Shown piece after piece: positions 7,024 to 12,024 of a stretch of 12,024 nucleotides of DNA. Both the position numbers and the translations under genes were made by a program. The number at the start of each line of letters is the position of its first letter. Position 1 is the stretch's first letter. The DNA is from an uncultured Fibrobacterales bacterium. GTDB taxonomy: Bacteria > Fibrobacterota > Fibrobacteria > Fibrobacterales > CAWVXU01. A model generated the notes under the pieces. The model worked only from the letters and a program-made list of their open reading frames with translations, was not told the origin of the DNA and searched no databases. Location of the stretch: NCBI GenBank assembly GCA_963934255.1, contig CAWVXU010000080.1:1-12024 (forward strand). Reading direction: 5' to 3'.

Positions 7024-8147
7024 GTTAACCGCCCTTCAGTATTAATTGCTGGGTAATCGTCATTTCTACTTAAAGACAACAATATGCCCATAGCCCCCAA
7101 AGTCATAATAAGATTTGTTCCACCATGAGATATTAATGGTAGAGGCTGTCCAGTTGGAGGTATAACTCTCAAACACACTGCCACATGTAAAAGAACATTC
7201 ATTGCAATACCCATTGTGATACCAAGAGCAAGTAATCTACTGAAGACATCTTGGCTATGAAAAGAGATTAATAACCCCCTCCAAATAATAATCGCAAATA
7301 CAATCATGATAAGCGAAGTTCCAATAAAGCCTAATTCTTCACCAATTGTCGCATAAATAGAATCTGTAAATGGTTCAGGTAACCAACCTAATTTTTGGGT
7401 TCCCTCTCCAAGGCCAACACCATTAAACCCACCCTTACTCAGACTAGCAAGTGCTGCAGTTTGTTGATAACCGCTATCAACATTTTGTGTTGGATCCAGC
7501 ATGGCATTTATTCTAGCTCTTCGATAAGGCGTCCACATAGCAATTGTCACAAAAATAGGTAAACAACTGGCTATGAAAATAAAGATATGTTTGAAATTAC
7601 ATCCAGCAACAAATACCATACAAAGAGTAATTCCCGAAATCATTAGACACATCGAATAACTCGGTTGCTTAAGAAGGATACCAAAGACAAAAACCAACAA
7701 AATCATTGGCGGTAAAAAACCTCTTTTGAAGTCTGAAATCCATTCTTGGTTTTGTTCAAGAGTTTTAGCAAGAACGAGAATGAGTCCAATTTTTATTATT
7801 TCCGAGGGTTGAAAAGATATTCCAAAAATACTGATCCACCGAGTGGCACCCTTAGCTGTCAAGGTCAATGCACTAAATTTAAATAGTACAATCAAACAAA
7901 ATACGAGTCCAATAAGGAAGATTGGCCGTGCTAGTTTCTTCCAGGTTTTAGGTTTAAAATTCATAGCTACAAATAAAACGACAACACCAACCACAGCTTT
8001 TTTTAAATGACCCTCCACAAGCTGAGATGCTGACCCAAATTTTAACATCGCATAATGTGAACTAGAACTATAGATTACTACAATCCCAAAGGTTGTTAAC
8101 ACTAAAATAGAGATCAACAAAATATAATCTACTCGAGCTAACTTCAT
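7020..8147 (-). CDS. ftsW: SEDS-family peptidoglycan glycosyltransferase FtsW
   Basis: Multi-pass hydrophobic protein with KGATRWI, FQPSEIIK, GYQ, GVGLGEGTQK, LPEPFTD, IGEELGFIG and PLPLISHGG; directly upstream of murG. Confidence 0.96.
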   Translation of the reverse strand: MKLARVDYILLISILVLTTFGIVVIYSSSSHYAMLKFGSASQLVEGHLKKAVVGVVVLFVAMNFKPKTWKKLARPIFLIGLVFCLIVLFKFSALTLTAKGATRWISIFGISFQPSEIIKIGLILVLAKTLEQNQEWISDFKRGFLPPMILLVFVFGILLKQPSYSMCLMISGITLCMVFVAGCNFKHIFIFIASCLPIFVTIAMWTPYRRARINAMLDPTQNVDSGYQQTAALASLSKGGFNGVGLGEGTQKLGWLPEPFTDSIYATIGEELGFIGTSLIMIVFAIIIWRGLLISFHSQDVFSRLLALGITMGIAMNVLLHVAVCLRVIPPTGQPLPLISHGGTNLIMTLGAMGILLSLSRNDDYPAINTEGRLT

Positions 8148-9124
8148 TATGAAAGAACCTCTTTAATGAATTCATCACCAAGCTTTTGAGAATTTAAACT
8201 ATCTAACTGAATACCACCAAAAAACAAAACATTACTTTGTTTTTCAGTCACCTCATACGCAGTAATCACTGCTTCTGCAATACTATTTACATGATGAACA
8301 TTGATGAAACGATTCATGAACGAGTCTTGAACTCGAGGGGTTTTAATAATATGAATGAGTACTGAGTTGTGGGCAATTAGTTGTTCTTTCAGACCTGAGT
8401 CAAGCATGCAATAATCCCCCCCCATAATAACTACTGGTTGTTTTTCAAAGTAATTCAGAACACGTCGACATTCATCAAATGAGGTTATTTCAGAGTAATT
8501 GACAAATTTATTACCAGTAAAAGGATCTTGTTGTGTATTCACATAATCTAAACCACATATTTTTTCAATTGCTCTACTTATTTTACTGATTTGAATATTT
8601 GCAATCTTCGCCAAATAGATGACTGAAATCAAATCTTCTAGCATTTCTGGCTGTGGAAAATAAACCTCATCTAATAAACAAAGAACTTGTGAGATACCAT
8701 TTTCTACAAGTAATAACATTCCATCTCGAAAATTTATTTTCCAATGAAGGTTGTTAAAAAACTCTTGATTTACTGTTGAGTCAATTTCTCGAAAAATTGA
8801 TGGAACATCAAGGTGAAACGATGAAAAAGACTTATCAAAATAATCCATAGTCTGATGAGAAACCTTAAGTGTTGCATCATCATTTGACTGTTTAATTACG
8901 TGTCCATCAAATACATTTAAGGTGTTTTCATCAGAAAACTGGCTAAACAAATGTGACTTGTGAATTTGTAGAGATGAGATTTCACTCATTTCATTCCACA
9001 TGTCAATCCAGAAATGTTGGCGCGCACTTTTTGGCGAAGCAAAAAGACCTTGTGAATTTAAAGATTTTAAAATTTTCTTTAAATTTTCAACTGTATAATT
9101 AACCTTAATAGTTTGAGTTTTCAT
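8147..9124 (-). CDS. Degenerate MurD-like protein, predicted catalytically inactive (pseudoenzyme or decaying paralog)
   Basis: Occupies the murD slot before ftsW. The C-terminal half follows MurD spacing (KFVNYSEIT ~ FxNDSKAT; PVVIMGG ~ ILIxGG; SIAEAV ~ SLEEAV; NVLFFGG ~ VLLSPA; LGDEF ~ RGxxF). No P-loop and no N-terminal GxG motif. Uninterrupted 325-codon ORF with AGGAGG SD. Confidence 0.7.
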   Translation of the reverse strand: MKTQTIKVNYTVENLKKILKSLNSQGLFASPKSARQHFWIDMWNEMSEISSLQIHKSHLFSQFSDENTLNVFDGHVIKQSNDDATLKVSHQTMDYFDKSFSSFHLDVPSIFREIDSTVNQEFFNNLHWKINFRDGMLLLVENGISQVLCLLDEVYFPQPEMLEDLISVIYLAKIANIQISKISRAIEKICGLDYVNTQQDPFTGNKFVNYSEITSFDECRRVLNYFEKQPVVIMGGDYCMLDSGLKEQLIAHNSVLIHIIKTPRVQDSFMNRFINVHHVNSIAEAVITAYEVTEKQSNVLFFGGIQLDSLNSQKLGDEFIKEVLS

Positions 9125-9126
9125 TG

Positions 9127-10503
9127 TTAACCCTCCTGTTTTTCTAAGGCGCTAACAACTTCATCAAGCTTAATACCCCGACTCGCCTTGACTAAGACAA
9201 TATCGCCATTACCTACGATTTGAGTTACAAAATTTGATAATGCAATATTGTTATTAAAATGATGAATATCTTGCGGTGACATTCCACGATCTTTAGCTCT
9301 TTGACCGATATGTTTTGAAAATTCTCCAATTGTGCAAAGTACATCAAATCCAAGCTCAGCAATATGATTGCCAAGTTCAGCATGCATCTCTGCAGATTCA
9401 GGACCAAGCTCAAGCATATCACCTAATACAGCAATTTTTTTACCAGAACATGTCATTTGTGCAATTGTTTGAAGTGCCATAGAAGTAGATACTGGATTTG
9501 CGTTATAACAATCTGCCGCAATTTTATAGTTCTCAACTTCTTTTATTTCCATACGTAGATGTGATCCACCATAGTGACCCAACGACTCCGAAATTTTAGA
9601 CTTTGGTATCTTAACAATTTGTGCTACTGCAATTGTAGCTAAGGCATTATAAAGATTATGTATACCGGGTACATTCAATTTATACTGTGTCCGTCCAATT
9701 TTAAATTGTGCACACGCATTGTCATCCCAAGTTAAATCTTTTGGTTTAACTTGACCATTATTAACACCAAAGGTAACAAGCTTATATTTAGAGGTAGACT
9801 TTAAATTAGCCAGAAATTTATCATCAGCATTAACAACAAGGTAACCACCTTTATTAAGACCTTTGACAATAGTCATCTTTTCTTCGAATATATTTTCGAC
9901 CGAACGAAAATATTCAAGATGACTCGGCCCGATATTAGTCACTATTGCAATATGTGGTTGCGTAGCTTGGGATAAAATCTGTATCTCCCCTGGATGATTC
10001 GTTCCCATCTCGACAATGGCATAGTCATGTTCATGCTTGAGTCTAAACAAAGTCAATGGTACACCAATATGATTATTGTAATTTCCACTTGTAGCAAAAC
10101 CGTTGAGTGTTGAACTCAAAACAGTATTAATCATATCTTTGGTTGTTGTTTTCCCATTTGAACCCGTTATCCCTATTTTAGTCGCACTAAACTTATGAGC
10201 ATAACCTTTCGCTAATTTAAGCATGGCTTTTTCGGAATTTTTAACTGGAATATACGCTTGAATTTGATTGGGATTTGCCAAAACCCAATCTTGATTCACT
10301 ATTGCCATTATTGCCCCTTTTTTCATCACATCTACCACAAATTGATGCGAGTCAAAGTTGATACCTTTAATTGCCCAAAAAACATTTCCTGTTTGACTTT
10401 TTCTTGAGTCCATTTCAAAATTTATAGGATAGTCTAAATACTTTTTATCACCAATGAATTCAGACTCTAAAATTTTTGCTAATTCTCGAATTTTAAGTTC
10501 CAT
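9127..10503 (-). CDS. murF: UDP-MurNAc-tripeptide--D-Ala-D-Ala ligase
   Basis: DSRK, GITGSNGKTTTK, NNHIGVPLTL, EMGTNHPGEI, DCYNANP, LGDMLELG, VKASRG. AGGAGG SD upstream; 11-nt overlap with murE. Confidence 0.98.
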   Translation of the reverse strand: MELKIRELAKILESEFIGDKKYLDYPINFEMDSRKSQTGNVFWAIKGINFDSHQFVVDVMKKGAIMAIVNQDWVLANPNQIQAYIPVKNSEKAMLKLAKGYAHKFSATKIGITGSNGKTTTKDMINTVLSSTLNGFATSGNYNNHIGVPLTLFRLKHEHDYAIVEMGTNHPGEIQILSQATQPHIAIVTNIGPSHLEYFRSVENIFEEKMTIVKGLNKGGYLVVNADDKFLANLKSTSKYKLVTFGVNNGQVKPKDLTWDDNACAQFKIGRTQYKLNVPGIHNLYNALATIAVAQIVKIPKSKISESLGHYGGSHLRMEIKEVENYKIAADCYNANPVSTSMALQTIAQMTCSGKKIAVLGDMLELGPESAEMHAELGNHIAELGFDVLCTIGEFSKHIGQRAKDRGMSPQDIHHFNNNIALSNFVTQIVGNGDIVLVKASRGIKLDEVVSALEKQEG

Positions 10504-11941
10504 TTGTGCCTCCTATAAATTCTTGAACTATTTCTTTATCATCAAAATGAAATTTCTCAGTTCCAATAATTTGATAGTCTTCGTGTCCTTTACCAGCAAT
10601 GAGAACAATATCATACTCACCCATCACCCCTAATGCCTGCGCAATAGCACTTCGACGGTCAGCCTCAACATAAGCTTGTTTAGAGTCAGGAATGCCCTTC
10701 ATTATATCTTTTATAATTTCGAGTTGATCTTCAGTACGAGGGTTATCACTAGTCACAAAAATAATATCGGCATTGTTTACTGCAACACTACCCATCGTTG
10801 CGCGCTTGCTCTTATCACGATCTCCACCACAGCCGAAAACTACGATAAGCTTGCCTTGACATATTTCTCTAAGAGTATCAAGTACTCGACTTAAAGCGTC
10901 AGGGGTGTGTGCATAATCAATAACAACATGACCTTTTTCAGTTGCTACGACTTCTAAACGCCCCGGTACACAAACTGTTTCAAGACCCTTTTGAATCTTA
11001 TCAATACTTACGCCACAAGTTAAAAGTGCACCTACAGCGCCCATTAAATTCTCTTTATTAAAGTCACCAATAAGATGTGTTTTAATATAGACAACACCAC
11101 ATGGAGTCTGTAAATTCAATTCAATTGGACCTCGGGGATTTAAATCTTCTAGAATAAAAATATCATAGGTCTTTTGACCTAAACCATAAGACCAGTATTC
11201 TGAATCAATTATGTTACATATTTTTTGACCATATTCATCATCAATATTGATGATTGGAATACATTTGTCAGAAAGATACTCTTGAAACATCCTTAATTTG
11301 GCTTCAAAATAAGTTTGCATATCACCATGGTAGTCAAGATGATCTTGACTTAAATTAGTGAAAATAGCAGCATCTAATTTAATAGTACCTAAACGATTTT
11401 GTTCTATAGCATGTGAACTTAATTCAAGTGAAATACTTTGACACTTAGCTAGAATACCTTGACTTAGTATTTGATAGAACTCCACTATCCCTGGTGTTGT
11501 CAGAACACTATCAATGATTTTACCGGCAATTTTATTATGAATTGTTCCTGTAAGGATGTTATTTTGAAATGAGCTTAATACATGGTCAATAATAAATGCC
11601 GTTGTCGTTTTACCATTGGTTCCCGTTACTGCATACTTCACTAATCGTTCAAGTGGTTGATTGTGAAAGTTCTTCAACAAAATATCTAATGAATTAAGAA
11701 CACTCTCCACTTTAATTAGACACTTAATTTCAAGATTTTCTTCTGAAACGATTGCAATAGCACCTCTATTAAGCGCCTCTTGTATATATGCTGCTCCATC
11801 AACAGATGATCCTGGTCTTGCAAAGAAAAGATCACCGGATTTTACAAGACGCGAATCATCAGCGATTGATTTAACTTCAAGCTCATTCAAGTTAAGATGC
11901 GTATGATATGAATGGTATTGGAATAATTTTGCTAAATTCAT
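10493..11941 (-). CDS. murE: UDP-MurNAc-L-Ala-D-Glu--meso-diaminopimelate ligase
   Basis: DSRLV, VTGTNGKTTT, LTTPG, ELSSH, FTNLSQDHLDYH, DYAHTPD, FGCGGDRD, DNPR (mDAP-specificity motif), AGKGHEDYQ. Confidence 0.99.
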   Translation of the reverse strand: MNLAKLFQYHSYHTHLNLNELEVKSIADDSRLVKSGDLFFARPGSSVDGAAYIQEALNRGAIAIVSEENLEIKCLIKVESVLNSLDILLKNFHNQPLERLVKYAVTGTNGKTTTAFIIDHVLSSFQNNILTGTIHNKIAGKIIDSVLTTPGIVEFYQILSQGILAKCQSISLELSSHAIEQNRLGTIKLDAAIFTNLSQDHLDYHGDMQTYFEAKLRMFQEYLSDKCIPIINIDDEYGQKICNIIDSEYWSYGLGQKTYDIFILEDLNPRGPIELNLQTPCGVVYIKTHLIGDFNKENLMGAVGALLTCGVSIDKIQKGLETVCVPGRLEVVATEKGHVVIDYAHTPDALSRVLDTLREICQGKLIVVFGCGGDRDKSKRATMGSVAVNNADIIFVTSDNPRTEDQLEIIKDIMKGIPDSKQAYVEADRRSAIAQALGVMGEYDIVLIAGKGHEDYQIIGTEKFHFDDKEIVQEFIGGTNGT

Positions 11942-12024
11942 CCTTGAGTCCCCTCAAGTATAAGTTCACATGTATCGTTTTCATTTAAATCAGCACCAGG
12001 CTCAAGAGATTGGCTAGTCACAAT
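11938..12024 (-). CDS. ftsI: 3' end of a PASTA-domain protein, probably the class B PBP FtsI (5'-partial)
   Basis: Not in the ORF track. Reverse-strand translation gives IVTSQSLEPGADLNENDTCELILEGTQG*, where VxxQSxxPG is typical of a PASTA repeat end. The TGA overlaps the murE ATG (ATGA), at the usual ftsI position. Confidence 0.7.
   Translation of the reverse strand: MVTSQSLEPGADLNENDTCELILEGTQG
11943..11958 (-). promoter_or_regulatory. Hairpin covering the murE ribosome-binding site
   Basis: mRNA CUUGAG-GGGA-CUCAAG-G-AUG: 6-bp stem with a GNRA tetraloop, containing the SD-like GAGGGG. Confidence 0.45.

Noticed and set aside
7020..7036. GGTTAACA (minus strand) shared by the ftsW/murG and murF/murD-like junctions
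   Set aside because: Only two copies, explainable by SD plus AT-rich spacer constraints; no evidence for an operator.
8147..9124. Calling this ORF a functional murD, or a classical pseudogene
   Set aside because: Catalytic motifs are absent, so not a functional murD. The frame is intact with a strong RBS, so there are no pseudogene lesions either.
9225..9422. Alternative-frame ORF in murF
   Set aside because: 65 aa, nested in an intact murF, no evidence of independent function.
10676..10894. + strand ORF antisense to murE
   Set aside because: Shadow ORF with no motif.
1..12024. CRISPR arrays, tRNA/rRNA, IS elements, prophage or defence genes
   Set aside because: No regularly spaced repeats, transposase/integrase ORFs or cloverleafs seen; nearly all sequence is accounted for by dcw genes.

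Overview
AT-rich bacterial window dominated by the distal part of a minus-strand division/cell-wall (dcw) operon: [3' end of a PASTA-domain PBP, probably ftsI]-murE-murF-(degenerate murD-like ORF)-ftsW-murG-murC-ftsQ-ftsA-ftsZ. It ends in a structured 3' UTR and a hairpin terminator that faces a convergent, 5'-truncated + strand gene. Gene order and FtsW motifs suggest an FCB-group organism, possibly Fibrobacterota (inference). Four things are unusual. (1) A stem-loop just downstream of the ftsZ stop displays, entirely in its loop, the exact 9-nt reverse complement of ftsZ's own ribosome-binding site, suggesting a 3'UTR/sRNA autoregulatory circuit. (2) FtsZ is 624 aa with a ~300-aa tail carrying three copies of the normally single C-terminal anchor peptide. 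(3) The murD slot holds an intact ORF with MurD-like layout but no catalytic motifs. (4) mraY is missing. All calls come from by-eye motif recognition and pairing; no searches were run.
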